NCBI GenBank assembly: GCA_964429945.1 | Contig: CAYSDX010000114.1 | Span: 2,316 to 66,315, forward strand | Reading direction: 5' to 3' | Length of the DNA stretch: 64,000 bases | Source of the DNA: an uncultured Spirochaetia bacterium | GTDB lineage: Bacteria; Desulfobacterota_D; UBA1144; Nemesobacterales; Nemesobacteraceae | Shown here: one piece after another, positions 46,457-56,441 of the stretch | Position numbering within the stretch: position 1 is the first letter of the stretch | Layout: each line of letters opens with the position of its first letter | The notes under the pieces: model-generated | Database searches by the model: none | Told to the model about the DNA's origin: nothing | Seen by the model: the letters and a program-made list of their open reading frames with translations, nothing else | Position numbers and translations under genes: made by a program

Positions 46457-47617
46457 ATGATGTTTAAAATCAAGGGCGGAGATTTTTCAAGGAAGCTCGG
46501 AATGATCCAGGGAGTCGTTGAGAAAAGAACGACCATGCCCATTCTCTCTCATGTCCTTATGATCTCTACGGACAAAGGCCTGCTGTTGGAAGCCACTGAT
46601 CTTGAAAATACCGCTACTGTTTTTTGCGACGCTCAGACGGAGGGAGAATTCAAGATAGCGGTTCCCGCGGGAATACTTTCCGACCTCGTGAGGGAAATAC
46701 GCGAGGATGAGGAAATTTCAGTTACCGCTGCCGAGAACAACTGGATTGAGGTGGTGACAAGCTCCGGTTCCTTTAAGATTGCCGGGCTCGCGGCCGATGA
46801 TTTCCCGAGGATTCCTGAGGTTTCCTCCGAGGATCTTTTCCAGGTTTCTTCCGAGGTGCTTGAGGAAATGATATCCAGAACGGTTTTCTCCGTGTCGGAT
46901 GATGAAATGAGAAGAAGCCTCTCCGGTGTGTTTTTTGAAAAAAGGGGAGAGCAAACCCTGAGGCTGGTCGCTACCGACGGTCACAGATTAAGCTTCGTTG
47001 ACCAAAAAATAGAGGGTCTTAACCTCTCAAAGGACATACTGGTTCCCAAAAAAGCGGTTACGGAGATAAGAAGGCTTCTTCGTCTTTCAAAAGATGTCAG
47101 AGTCGGCAGCAGCGGCAATTTCTTCGTTTTTGAACTCGGGGACGAGAAGCTGGTTTTTATCTCGAGGGTGATCGACGCCGAGTTTCCGGACTACATGCAG
47201 GTGGTTCCGGTCTCGACGAAAAACACGGTCAAGGTCGATGCCGCCAGCCTGCTGCTTGCGCTTCGGAGAGTTTCCCTCTTTTCCGCCGACAACGTAAAGG
47301 GCGGAGGCAGGTTTGTCGAGATGGCTTTTGGGGGAGGGAACATGCTTCTAGGCGCCTATCTTAACACCGGCGAAGGGAAGGAAAGCATTCCGGTCGAGTA
47401 TTCCGGGGACGAGGTCAGGCTGGGTTTTAACTTCACCTACTTTCAGGATGTTCTTGATGCGGTCGGGTCACCCGAGGTCATAATCGGCTTTTCCGGACAC
47501 AAAAACCCGGTGTACGTGGTTCCCTGCGAGGAGGGGGAGAAGCAGGACGGCTACGTGAACGTCATAATGCCAATGGAGCTTGACGCCAGAGCGGCGGAAG
47601 GGCGGGCAGGGGGATAA
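46457..47617 (+). CDS. dnaN: DNA polymerase III beta sliding clamp
   Basis: AGGAGG 11 nt upstream. Three-domain clamp pattern (…TTMPILSHVLM…, …RLVATDGHRLS…, …MPMEL). Confidence 0.93.
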   Translation: MMFKIKGGDFSRKLGMIQGVVEKRTTMPILSHVLMISTDKGLLLEATDLENTATVFCDAQTEGEFKIAVPAGILSDLVREIREDEEISVTAAENNWIEVVTSSGSFKIAGLAADDFPRIPEVSSEDLFQVSSEVLEEMISRTVFSVSDDEMRRSLSGVFFEKRGEQTLRLVATDGHRLSFVDQKIEGLNLSKDILVPKKAVTEIRRLLRLSKDVRVGSSGNFFVFELGDEKLVFISRVIDAEFPDYMQVVPVSTKNTVKVDAASLLLALRRVSLFSADNVKGGGRFVEMAFGGGNMLLGAYLNTGEGKESIPVEYSGDEVRLGFNFTYFQDVLDAVGSPEVIIGFSGHKNPVYVVPCEEGEKQDGYVNVIMPMELDARAAEGRAGG

Positions 47618-47632
47618 TTCTCGTACCTTAAG

Positions 47633-49099
47633 ATGCTAGGTGGATTCATCGGAGTCGATTTTTCCGGCGGAGTCGTCAGGACCGTAACCGTAAGGAGGGG
47701 GCTCAAGGGAACTGAAATTCGCAAGGCCTCCTTTGATGAGAGGTCTGGGAGCGGCGACACAGCCACCTTTCTCCAAGGCGAGATTTCTCTCGGAACCCGG
47801 TCGGTCACCGGGATCAGTTTTTCGCCACTTCTTCTGAGGGTGCTCAAATTCCCGTTTTCAGACTCGAAAAAACTCCAGAGGGTCTACCGCTTCGAGCTTG
47901 AGAACTCCACCGGGTTTTCCCTGGGAGATGACGTTCTGTCCGACTACCACGAAGTAAGGAGGCCGGAAGGGGCAGAGCTTATAGTCCCGGCCTTTGAGAA
48001 GGACGCGTTTGAAGCCTATCTTGGTTCCACGCGGGAATCCGGCGTGGATCCCGACCAGGTGACTTTTTCCCCCGTCGCGTTTTCCTCTTTGGGGAATTTC
48101 CTTGGAGAGCGCAGACCTCTTCTTCTGGCGGATGTGGACCATGGTCACCTCAACTTCTCGTTTTTTGACGAGGGTGGACTGAGCAGGGTCAGAAACTGCG
48201 ATGACGCTGTGGAGAGAGTGAAGAAGGCCCTTTCTGTGGACACCCTTGATTTTAGGGAGATAAACGCAAGCGAGGAAAGGAGAAAAGCTTTTTTCGAAAG
48301 CTCTCGCTTCATCGCCGAGGAGATAAGAAGCACCTCCCGCTACTTTGAGGCCGAGGCCGGGGAGGGGATAAGAGCCGTTGTTCTTACGGGCGGGATATGC
48401 GAGGTCGAGGGAATCACGGAAAAACTGGGAGAGCAGCTCGGCCGGGAAGTGGAAACGATTTTCATACCGCAGCTCGGCCGGGAGGATTCCCCCTTTTTCG
48501 CCAGGGCGTACGCACTGGCTCTCTATGGAGGTTCTTCGGGTAGGGGGGCAAGACTTAACCTTAGAAGGGACGGGTACAGGCCACGCGGAATTGCGAGGGA
48601 TCTTCTGAAGGAATTCAGGGTTCCGGCAGCTCTGTGCGCGGCCCTGCTGCTGATAGTGGTTCTCGGGCGCGTAACGGAAACAGTCTCCGCCAAGAGCAAG
48701 ATGGATTCCCTGCGCTCCGAGATGGAAAGAGACCTCAGGAAGGAGTTTCCCGAGGCCGCCGGGACTCAGGACCCGGTCGCTTTTTACAGGGGAAAGCTTG
48801 AGATCATCAATCGCAAACTGGACATACTGAAGCAGGTAAGGGGTGCCCACAGCCCGCTTGAGGTGCTGACGGCGGTTTCGGCAGCCGTTCCCAAGGACGC
48901 GAGCTTCTCGATTGACGAGATAAGGATCGAGGACGGAGGCAAGGCCAAGATATGGGGCAAGGGCGATTCCTACGAGGAAATAGCGTCCATAGAGAAGGCC
49001 TTCTCCGAGTCGGGGAGCTTTACCCAAGTGAAAATGGGACAGGTAAGAAAAGGGGTTAACAACAGCTTGAAATTCGAGATTTCAATGGTTGTCAGGTGA
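47633..49099 (+). CDS. PilM/GspL-like secretion or pilus assembly protein (actin-like N-domain, TM helix, periplasmic C-domain)
   Basis: N-terminal FIGVDFSGGVVRTV actin-fold start, central TM helix AALCAALLLIVVLG, C-terminal GspL/PilN-like region. Confidence 0.5.
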   Translation: MLGGFIGVDFSGGVVRTVTVRRGLKGTEIRKASFDERSGSGDTATFLQGEISLGTRSVTGISFSPLLLRVLKFPFSDSKKLQRVYRFELENSTGFSLGDDVLSDYHEVRRPEGAELIVPAFEKDAFEAYLGSTRESGVDPDQVTFSPVAFSSLGNFLGERRPLLLADVDHGHLNFSFFDEGGLSRVRNCDDAVERVKKALSVDTLDFREINASEERRKAFFESSRFIAEEIRSTSRYFEAEAGEGIRAVVLTGGICEVEGITEKLGEQLGREVETIFIPQLGREDSPFFARAYALALYGGSSGRGARLNLRRDGYRPRGIARDLLKEFRVPAALCAALLLIVVLGRVTETVSAKSKMDSLRSEMERDLRKEFPEAAGTQDPVAFYRGKLEIINRKLDILKQVRGAHSPLEVLTAVSAAVPKDASFSIDEIRIEDGGKAKIWGKGDSYEEIASIEKAFSESGSFTQVKMGQVRKGVNNSLKFEISMVVR

Positions 49100-49734
49100 A
49101 AATGCGGGAACTGATACAAAAACTTTTGCAGGGACTTAAATCGCTTCTCGGGGCCGTTCGGGAAAAAACCGAACCCTTGGCGCAGAGGGTAAGGGACCTT
49201 GTGGGAAGAAGGGATTTTTCCCAGAGAGACATCCGCGCCCTCAAGATAGGCGCCGCGGTCGTCGCGGTTCTTGTCGTCTTTTCGGTCTACAGGGCGGTCT
49301 TTCCCGGTGGTTCCGCCGTAAGAACCGAGGTAAGCCAGATGAAGCTTCAGTTAAACGAGATAAGGGCCATTAAGGAAGAGTACCGCTACTCAAGGGATCT
49401 TCTCGCCAAGGTGAGCGGCTCCATAAAGGAGGAAAAGGAGGCTCTGATTTCGGTAGCGGAGAAGGTTCTTATCAGAAACGGCATAGACCGCCGCTCCTTT
49501 TCGATAAGAGGAACCAACCCGTCGGTGAGGGGAAAGGGGATAAAGAAGGAAAGGGCCGTTTTGGTCAAAGTAAACAAGGTAGCGGTCCCCAAGGTGCTGA
49601 ACATCCTCTATTCCTTTCAGAAGAGCAAGACCATACTCAGGGTCTCGGACCTCAGGATAAAAACCAGATTCGACAATCCGAACCTGACGGATGTTTCCTT
49701 CCGCCTGTCGACTTTTTCTTTCAGCGAATCATAA
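49096..49734 (+). CDS. GspM/PilO-like bitopic membrane protein
   Basis: 212 aa with a single TM helix (IGAAVVAVLVVFSV). The start overlaps the upstream stop (GTGA). Confidence 0.45.
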   Translation: MKMRELIQKLLQGLKSLLGAVREKTEPLAQRVRDLVGRRDFSQRDIRALKIGAAVVAVLVVFSVYRAVFPGGSAVRTEVSQMKLQLNEIRAIKEEYRYSRDLLAKVSGSIKEEKEALISVAEKVLIRNGIDRRSFSIRGTNPSVRGKGIKKERAVLVKVNKVAVPKVLNILYSFQKSKTILRVSDLRIKTRFDNPNLTDVSFRLSTFSFSES

Positions 49735-49743
49735 GCGGGAAAA

Positions 49744-50649
49744 ATGAAGATAAGAAACAGAATAAAAGTACCGGAAAAAATATCTGTCCCCGCATACGTC
49801 GGGATATTCCTCGCGTCTCTTCTGATTTTTTTCCTCCTTGGATTTCCCTGGGACTCGGTTGAAAGAAGAGTCGCCTTCGAGATACAGAGCAACTCCCCGG
49901 TTCCGGTTCTCATAGGCGGCACGGACCTCAAGGGTCTTTCCTCGGTCGAGCTTAATGATGTCCGGGTTCTGCTTGGGGACAGGGGGACGCTTGTGATTGA
50001 CAGGGCAAGGGTGAGCGCCGGTCTTTTCTCCGTCATTTTTTCAGACGATACGCGGGTTTCCTTTTCGGTTGACGCCTACGGTGGGAAGATAGACGGCAAG
50101 GTTTCGCAGAACAAGAAGAAAAACAAGGTCACAAGCGCCGAGGTGGACGTGAATTCCGTTGAGTCCTCGACCGTTTCCCGCCTTTTTCTCGAGGGCGAGG
50201 GGTTTTCGTTGAGCGGCAAGGTTGACGGAAGCGTGAAGTTCCTCGGAGAAGGGGAAAGCGGGGGGATTTCCAAGATGGAGTATCTCGTATCCTCGCCCTC
50301 TCTTTCGGTCGGGGTTGGGGATGTGGGGGGTTTTAAGGTGAAGGAGGAGTACAAAAACTTAAGCATGGTGCTCCGCGGCACCGCTAACCGCTTCGAGTCG
50401 AGAGTCGAGAGGTTTTCCCTAACTAACCCCAGGCTGTCACTTGAGGCGGAGGGCAAGGCTCCGTCTCCGCTCAGGTTCAGAAAGGGAGCCGCTCTCGATC
50501 TCTCCGTTACATTCAGGCCTTCTCCGGATGATGCGAAGCTTGCCCTTGTCGGCGCCTTTCTAAGCCCCCGCGGGGACGGCAGCTTCTCCGGGAGGATTCA
50601 GGGCACGCTCTCAAAACCCAAGATCGTGAACCCCGACGGGGACGGTTGA
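49744..50649 (+). CDS. GspN-like bitopic membrane protein
   Basis: 301 aa with an N-terminal TM helix (YVGIFLASLLIFFLLGF) and a beta-rich periplasmic part, positioned after L/M-like genes. Confidence 0.4.
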   Translation: MKIRNRIKVPEKISVPAYVGIFLASLLIFFLLGFPWDSVERRVAFEIQSNSPVPVLIGGTDLKGLSSVELNDVRVLLGDRGTLVIDRARVSAGLFSVIFSDDTRVSFSVDAYGGKIDGKVSQNKKKNKVTSAEVDVNSVESSTVSRLFLEGEGFSLSGKVDGSVKFLGEGESGGISKMEYLVSSPSLSVGVGDVGGFKVKEEYKNLSMVLRGTANRFESRVERFSLTNPRLSLEAEGKAPSPLRFRKGAALDLSVTFRPSPDDAKLALVGAFLSPRGDGSFSGRIQGTLSKPKIVNPDGDG

Positions 50650-50735
50650 TAGGCCCGTTTTTGGCGGCTCGGACTATTTGACTTTGACCTACCCCCTCGC
50701 TATTCTTCTCGCAATATTCCCCTTAAGACTGGATA

Positions 50736-51821
50736 ATGGCTCCCAACAAAGAACTCTCCGCTGTAAGAAAGGAAATAGACACGCTTGACTCCAAGCTGCT
50801 TGAACTTATAAACAAGCGAGCGGAACTTGCGACAGAGGTAAGCAGGTTCAAGAAAAAAGCTTCCTTGGGAGTCTACGACCTGGGCAGGGAGAGGGAGGTT
50901 GAAGCCAAGATAACAGGGAACAACCCCGGCCCCCTCTCAGACGAGGACATCCTTTTAGTTTTCAGGGATATAATATCGCGCTGCAGGTCTCTTCAGCACG
51001 ATGAGAAAGTCGCCTACCTGGGACCCGAAGGCAGTTTTTCAAACCAGGCCGCGTTTCGAAGATTCGGCGCCTCCTCCGAGCTTTTGCCCGTGTCGAGCGT
51101 CGTGGATGTGTTCGAGGAGGTGCACGGAAAAAGGGCCGATTTCGGCATAGTGCCCGTCGAGAACTCAGTGGAAGGCTCGGTGGGAGACGTGCTGGACATG
51201 TTCCTTGAGTGGGACCTCAGCATTTCCGCAGAGTGTTTCGAGCGCGTCGAGCACTTCCTGCTTTCCGCAAGCGGCGATATGAAGGACGTGAAGACCGTCG
51301 CCTCGCATCCCCAGGCGCTGGGGCAGTGCAAGAGATGGATCGCCGCGAACCTCTACGGAGTCAAGCTTCTTGAGACCTCAAGCACCGCAGCGGCGGCGAA
51401 GCTTGCCGCGAGGGACAATGAGGTGGCTGCGGTCGCAAGCGAGTTCTCGGGGACGATATATAACCTGAAGACGATCCAGAGCTACATAGAGGACAGCCCG
51501 CGCAACATGACCCGGTTCGTGATCGTGGGCAGGGAGAAGCCTCCCCCGTGCGGAGAAGACAAGACTTCGATTGCCTTTTCCGTCAAGGATGAGCCGGGAG
51601 TGCTTTACAGGGCGTTTTTTCTTCCTTTTTCAGAATCCAACATAAACCTCACCAAGATCGAGTCGAGGCCCCTGCGGGACGGGCAGTGGGAGTACGTGTT
51701 CTTCGTCGATTTCTCGGGACATCGCGAGGAAGATGCCGTAAGGAACGCCCTCGAGAAAGTGGAAGCCAACTGCGTTTTTCTAAAGGTGCTCGGATCCTAC
51801 CCGGCCGGACCGCTGGGCTGA
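50736..51821 (+). CDS. pheA: Bifunctional chorismate mutase / prephenate dehydratase
   Basis: CM_2 helix (VRKEIDTLDSKLLELINKRAELA), PDT domain (VAYLGPEGSFS) and C-terminal ACT (TSIAFSVKDEPGVL). Confidence 0.92.
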   Translation: MAPNKELSAVRKEIDTLDSKLLELINKRAELATEVSRFKKKASLGVYDLGREREVEAKITGNNPGPLSDEDILLVFRDIISRCRSLQHDEKVAYLGPEGSFSNQAAFRRFGASSELLPVSSVVDVFEEVHGKRADFGIVPVENSVEGSVGDVLDMFLEWDLSISAECFERVEHFLLSASGDMKDVKTVASHPQALGQCKRWIAANLYGVKLLETSSTAAAAKLAARDNEVAAVASEFSGTIYNLKTIQSYIEDSPRNMTRFVIVGREKPPPCGEDKTSIAFSVKDEPGVLYRAFFLPFSESNINLTKIESRPLRDGQWEYVFFVDFSGHREEDAVRNALEKVEANCVFLKVLGSYPAGPLG

Positions 51822-51845
51822 CACCGCCTGCCGGGCAGAACCCCG

Positions 51846-52931
51846 ATGGAACCAAGAGCAAGCGTAAAAAACCTTATCCCCTACATTCCGGGAAAACCTA
51901 TCGAGGAGCTTGAGCGGGAACTCGGGATCCAAGGCGCGGCAAAGATGGCTTCGAACGAAAACCCCCTTGGTCCCTCCCCGCTCGCGCAAAAGGCGCTTGC
52001 AGAACATATCTCCAAGGTGAACCTCTACCCGGACGGGGGCTGTTTCGAGCTCAGGCGGAAACTTTCCGAGAAGCTCGGGGTGGCGGAGGACACTATAGTA
52101 ATCGGCAACGGTTCAAACGAGGTGATAGAAATAGTTGCCAGGACGTTTCTCGAGCCGGGGGATGAGGCCATATACGGCCGTCACGCGTTTATCGTCTACC
52201 CGATCGTTACCCAGTCCCTCGGATGCTCTCACGTCATCTCCAAAATGCCGGATCTTGCGCATGATCTCGAGGACATGCTCTCTCTGGTGACTCCGAAAAC
52301 GAAAATAATCTATATCGCGAACCCAAACAACCCCACGGGGACGATAGTGAGGAGGGACGAGTTCGAGTGGTTCCTCGAGCGGGTGCCTGAGGACGTGATG
52401 GTGCTTGTGGACGAAGCCTATTTCGAGTACGTCGACGACCCCGAGTATCCGGACACGCTGCGCTACCACTCCGCTCGCGAGTCGCTCGTGACGGTGAGAA
52501 CCTTCTCCAAGATTTACGGGCTCGCGGGTCTTCGGGTCGGCTACGGGGTGGCGTCCGCCGAGGCGGTTTCCTACATGGACAGGGTGCGGGAGCCGTTTAA
52601 CGTGAACTCGGCCGCTCAGGCGGCGGCCTGCGCCGCGCTTGACGACGAAGGCCACGTCGCGCGCTCAAGGGAGCTTAACCGCGAGGGAAAGGAGTTTTTC
52701 CGCGAGAAGCTCGGCGAGCTCGGGGTCGGGTACACCGAGTCTCACACGAATTTTTTTCTGGTGGACCTTGAGAGGGGACCGATGCCGGTTTACGAGGCGC
52801 TTCTTCGCGACGGGGTTATAACGAGGCCCGTGGGCGGCTACGGACTTAAAACTCATCTCAGGGTAAGCTTCGGTCTCGCGCAGGAAAACGAAAGATTCAT
52901 CGAATCGCTAAGGAGAATTCTCGGAAGATGA
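51846..52931 (+). CDS. hisC: Histidinol-phosphate/aromatic aminotransferase
   Basis: ASNENPLGPSP, NPNNPTG, and FSKIYGLAGLRVGY (PLP lysine). Confidence 0.9.
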   Translation: MEPRASVKNLIPYIPGKPIEELERELGIQGAAKMASNENPLGPSPLAQKALAEHISKVNLYPDGGCFELRRKLSEKLGVAEDTIVIGNGSNEVIEIVARTFLEPGDEAIYGRHAFIVYPIVTQSLGCSHVISKMPDLAHDLEDMLSLVTPKTKIIYIANPNNPTGTIVRRDEFEWFLERVPEDVMVLVDEAYFEYVDDPEYPDTLRYHSARESLVTVRTFSKIYGLAGLRVGYGVASAEAVSYMDRVREPFNVNSAAQAAACAALDDEGHVARSRELNREGKEFFREKLGELGVGYTESHTNFFLVDLERGPMPVYEALLRDGVITRPVGGYGLKTHLRVSFGLAQENERFIESLRRILGR

Positions 52932-53782
52932 CTTTTAAAAAGGTGGCGGTGGTAGGTTTGGGGCTCATAGGAGGCTCCCTCGCGGCGGCTCTCCGCAACT
53001 CAGGAGAGGTGGGGGAGGTCTTCGGGATCGAAAGGGACGCGGAGTCACTCCGCTTCGCCCTTGAGGGCGGAATCGCGGACGCGGGCTCTTCCGAGGTGGG
53101 CCCCGGGATATCCGGATCCGAAATCGTCGTCGTCGCAACCTATGTGGACAGCATAGCCGGGGTCGCAAAGGAGGTCTCCGGGTTCATTTCCCCGGACACG
53201 GTCGTCTGCGACACTGGAAGCGTTAAGACTCCGATAGTGAGGGAGATGGAAAAGGGTCCCCGGAACATCCGCTTCGTGGGAGCCCATCCCATCGCGGGAA
53301 GGGAAACGTCCGGGGTAAGCGAGTCTGATCCCGCTCTTTTCTCCGGGAAAAGATGCGTGGTCACGCCCGTGGAGAGCACGTGCCCCGAGGCTCTCTCCAT
53401 GGTCAAGACGCTTTTTTCGCTCGTTGGAAGCGAGGTGGTGGAGATGGATCCCGCCTCCCACGACGAGGTCTTCTCGCTGGTAAGCCACCTCCCCCATGCG
53501 GTCGCCTATTCGCTTGTAAGCGCCGTGGCTTCTTCGGGAGGTGGGAGAAACCTCTTTGATTTTTCGGGAGGGGGCCTTGCCGACTTCACCAGGGTCGCGG
53601 GAAGTTCCCCCGAGATGTGGGCCGGGATTTTCATCGAGAACCGCGACGCGCTGCTCCGCGCCATCCGCGGTTTCTCGGGGAAGCTAGGGGAGATTGAAAA
53701 AGCCCTGGTCTCCGGTAATGTAGAAGAACTGATGACCCTTTTGAGGGAAGCCCGGGATTCCAAAAGGGATCTCGGGAAGTGA
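52928..53782 (+). CDS. tyrA: Prephenate (arogenate) dehydrogenase
   Basis: Rossmann [12 protein letters not shown] and GAHPIAG motifs. The start overlaps the hisC stop (ATGA). Confidence 0.88.
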   Translation: MTFKKVAVVGLGLIGGSLAAALRNSGEVGEVFGIERDAESLRFALEGGIADAGSSEVGPGISGSEIVVVATYVDSIAGVAKEVSGFISPDTVVCDTGSVKTPIVREMEKGPRNIRFVGAHPIAGRETSGVSESDPALFSGKRCVVTPVESTCPEALSMVKTLFSLVGSEVVEMDPASHDEVFSLVSHLPHAVAYSLVSAVASSGGGRNLFDFSGGGLADFTRVAGSSPEMWAGIFIENRDALLRAIRGFSGKLGEIEKALVSGNVEELMTLLREARDSKRDLGK

Positions 53783-53789
53783 GCGGAGA

Positions 53790-54194
53790 ATGTCCGATAA
53801 GGTAAAGAAAACGGACGAGCAGTGGCAGGAGCAGCTCTCCAGCGAGCAGTTTCTGGTAACGAGAAAAGCGGGCACCGAGAGGGCCTTTACCGGAAAGTAC
53901 CACGACCATCACGAAAAAGGCATGTACAGATGCGTGTGCTGCGGGCAGGAACTTTTCCGTTTCTCAGAGAAGTTCGATTCCGGCACGGGATGGCCCAGCT
54001 TCTGGGAACCCGCCTCGCAGGAGAACGTGACGGAGAAGGCCGACCGTTCCCACGGGATGACGAGAACCGAGGTTCTCTGCTCAAAGTGCGACGCCCACCT
54101 GGGCCACGTTTTTCCCGACGGTCCCCAGCCCACCGGGATGAGGTACTGCATAAATTCCGCCTCTTTGGATTTTGAGGAAGAAAAAGAGGAGTAG
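53790..54194 (+). CDS. msrB: Peptide-methionine (R)-S-oxide reductase
   Basis: CVCCGQELF...GWPSF...[12 protein letters not shown]...RYCINS. Confidence 0.95.
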   Translation: MSDKVKKTDEQWQEQLSSEQFLVTRKAGTERAFTGKYHDHHEKGMYRCVCCGQELFRFSEKFDSGTGWPSFWEPASQENVTEKADRSHGMTRTEVLCSKCDAHLGHVFPDGPQPTGMRYCINSASLDFEEEKEE

Positions 54195-54199
54195 GAAAA

Positions 54200-54271
54200 G
54201 TGGCGACGGGTGGGTTCGAACCACCGACACAGGCCTTATGAGAGCCCCGCTCTACCCCTGAGCTACGCCGC
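54200..54271 (-). tRNA. tRNA with CAT anticodon (elongator Met, or Ile2 if lysidine-modified)
   Basis: Minus strand GGCGGCG-UA-GCUC-AGGGGUA-GAGC-G-GGGCU-CUCAUAA-GGCCU-GUGUC-GGUGG-UUCGAAC-CCACC-CGUCGCC-A. The G1-C72 pair argues against an initiator. Confidence 0.85.
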
Positions 54272-54365
54272 CTCAGGAAAAAACAAGGTAAACCGAAAGG
54301 CAGCAAATTATACCGGAACTCCGTCAGGATTCAACGCACAGACCCGCTATCCGGGCTTTTCGTAA

Positions 54366-55040
54366 TCAGCCGGCGGCCGCGCCGTTTTTCTTGGTTTCTT
54401 CCCTGATGAGTCCGAGTTCCAGGAGTTTTCTGTAGGTTCTGGTGTGGGAACCGTAGTGGGAGAAAATCTCTATGTCCCCGGGTTCGTCGATATCGATGCT
54501 GATGTTCAGGTTCTTGTAGATGTCGCAGGGCACGTATCTGCGCTCGGCTTCCTCCCTGTGTTTTCTGAAGCTGTCGTTGCCGAACATGGAGGGGATGGTG
54601 TCGGGGGGCTTTCTCAGTATGGCGTTTGTGCCGAGCTCGTCATCCGAGGGCACCAGGATAACGGACTTTCCCTTTTTTTCCTTCTCAAGGATGAAATCAA
54701 GGTCCTCGCCGGTTACAAGCGGGGTGTCGCCTGGAATCACGAGCACCGACTTGGCGCCCATTTTCCTGCAGACCTGAAGCGCCAGGTCAACCGACCCGCT
54801 TTCCCCAAGCGGCGTTTCCTCCCTTATGACGTCGAATCCCTCCTCAAGCGCCATTTTCTCCGCCCTCCTGTCAACCGTCACAATGACCTTGTTGTCGGCA
54901 AGCTTGGAGCTTCCGACCGCGGAGAACACGTCCTCAAGCATCACGTAGGCAAGCTCGGTCCTCTGCTTTTTGCTGAGCACAGATGCGAGCCTCTCGTTTG
55001 CCTTGGAAAGGTCCTTTACTGGAATCAGTATGAATTTCAA
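54366..55040 (-). CDS. cofC: CofC/FbiD-like 2-phospho-L-lactate guanylyltransferase (MobA-like NTP transferase fold)
   Basis: MKFILIPVKDLSKANERL...VLVIPGDTPLV pattern of the DUF121/CofC family. Confidence 0.55.
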   Translation of the reverse strand: MKFILIPVKDLSKANERLASVLSKKQRTELAYVMLEDVFSAVGSSKLADNKVIVTVDRRAEKMALEEGFDVIREETPLGESGSVDLALQVCRKMGAKSVLVIPGDTPLVTGEDLDFILEKEKKGKSVILVPSDDELGTNAILRKPPDTIPSMFGNDSFRKHREEAERRYVPCDIYKNLNISIDIDEPGDIEIFSHYGSHTRTYRKLLELGLIREETKKNGAAAG

Positions 55041-55319
55041 AACAGTTACCTCACGACGAGAACCCCAACCCGGACACTATTTTATCACAAGTTAGTTTTG
55101 GTTCCCATATCTCTACAAATAAACCATTTATAGGGTTGTGCGCTTTGGCCGCTTTTGCAAGAAGGAATCGGTCGAAGGGCTGAATGACCTCTGAATTTCA
55201 AAGTTGAATCCCCTAATGATATGTAGGAAACTTAGATTGCGTAAGGTTTCGCAGCAGAGTTACACTACTGTGACATGTTGCAGCCTTTGGGAAACAAGTA
55301 GTAGCAACTAGGTGTGGAT

Positions 55320-56441
55320 ATGACGGAAGAGTCAAAAAATCTTAAGCGCATTCGGATTGAAGGGTTCAAGTCTATAAAACAACTCGATTTGATCATGAAA
55401 GACATCAACGTATTGATTGGTGCAAATGGAGCTGGAAAAACCAATCTGATTTCGCTGTTCACTTTTCTAGGTTGTTTATCCCAAGGTAAGTTGCAACAAT
55501 ATATTAAAACAGAAGGGGGAGCGGAAGCCTTTTTCCATTTTGGCACTAAAAACACAAAAAGGATAAAGTTAGGTCTGGAAATTGGAAACAACGAATACAA
55601 TGTGGAATTTTTGCCCGACTTGGATAATGATTCCTTGTTTTTTGACATTGAGAGTTGTCGCAGGGTTTATCCACCAGGTGGAACGAATTGGTACCTTCGC
55701 TCAAGAAAGGGTGAAAGCGGTTTTGTAACAGAAGATCTCATGGGTCAAGCGGTAAAATACTATACGAAAAAATATCTTGACCAATGCAGAGTTTACCATT
55801 TTCATGACACAAGCAGCCAAGCCGCATTCAAGAAAAGATCTAGTCTGTACGATGACTATTACCTTGAAGAGGATGCGGCTAATATCGCTCCTTTTCTTTA
55901 CGACCTGAAAACTGATCAGGATGAAGATAGCCAGCAATCATATAATCAAATTGTTTGTGCAATTCAGAGTGTGGCCCCGTTTTTTCACGGTTTCTACTTG
56001 GAACCGACGGGAAAGCGGGGAGATGAAAATATTTTATTGCGCTGGATGCACAAGAATCGCCGGTCACCATTTAGCGCTAATGCTCTATCGGACGGAACGG
56101 CTAGGTTTGTCTGTCTCGCAACTCTTTTACTGCAGCCTGAGTCGAGAAGACCCGACACAATAATACTAGATGAACCGGAACTCGGATTACACCCCGCGGC
56201 ACTTTGCGTTCTCGCCGATATTATCCGCTCAATATCTGTGGAAACGCAGGTCATTTGTTCTACGCAATCCGTAGTTTTTGCGAACTTTTTCAGTCCCGAG
56301 GATTTTATCGTAACGGAGTTAAAAGATGGAGTTTCGGTGTTTAAGCGGCTTGAGAGAGAGCAGGTTGAGCAGTGGCTGGATGAGTATGGGATGGGCGAAA
56401 TCTGGTCCAAGAATCTTATTGGCGGTCGCCCGGAATGGTAA
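55320..56441 (+). CDS. ABC-type (AAA_21/AAA_15-like) ATPase, partner of a DUF4276-like protein
   Basis: ATG 55320 preceded by AGGTG. Walker A GANGAGKTN, signature-like LSDGTARF, Walker B TIILDEPELGLHP, C-terminal NLIGGRPEW. Confidence 0.78.
   Translation: MTEESKNLKRIRIEGFKSIKQLDLIMKDINVLIGANGAGKTNLISLFTFLGCLSQGKLQQYIKTEGGAEAFFHFGTKNTKRIKLGLEIGNNEYNVEFLPDLDNDSLFFDIESCRRVYPPGGTNWYLRSRKGESGFVTEDLMGQAVKYYTKKYLDQCRVYHFHDTSSQAAFKKRSSLYDDYYLEEDAANIAPFLYDLKTDQDEDSQQSYNQIVCAIQSVAPFFHGFYLEPTGKRGDENILLRWMHKNRRSPFSANALSDGTARFVCLATLLLQPESRRPDTIILDEPELGLHPAALCVLADIIRSISVETQVICSTQSVVFANFFSPEDFIVTELKDGVSVFKRLEREQVEQWLDEYGMGEIWSKNLIGGRPEW

Noticed and set aside
47858-49027. 389-aa ORF antisense to the PilM/GspL-like gene.
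   Set aside because: It has no start context or motifs, and the sense frame is in operon register with dnaN and the following genes. The sense-gene family call is itself weak, so this rejection is less certain than the others.
54200-54271. tRNA-CAT as the integration site (attB) of island 2.
   Set aside because: cofC lies between the tRNA and the island. No integrase is present, and I found no repeat of the tRNA 3' segment near 61165-61362.
55265-55648. 127-aa minus-strand ORF at the left edge of island 2.
   Set aside because: It runs antisense to the ATPase 5' end, where Walker A is clearly in the plus frame. It is an AT-rich shadow ORF.
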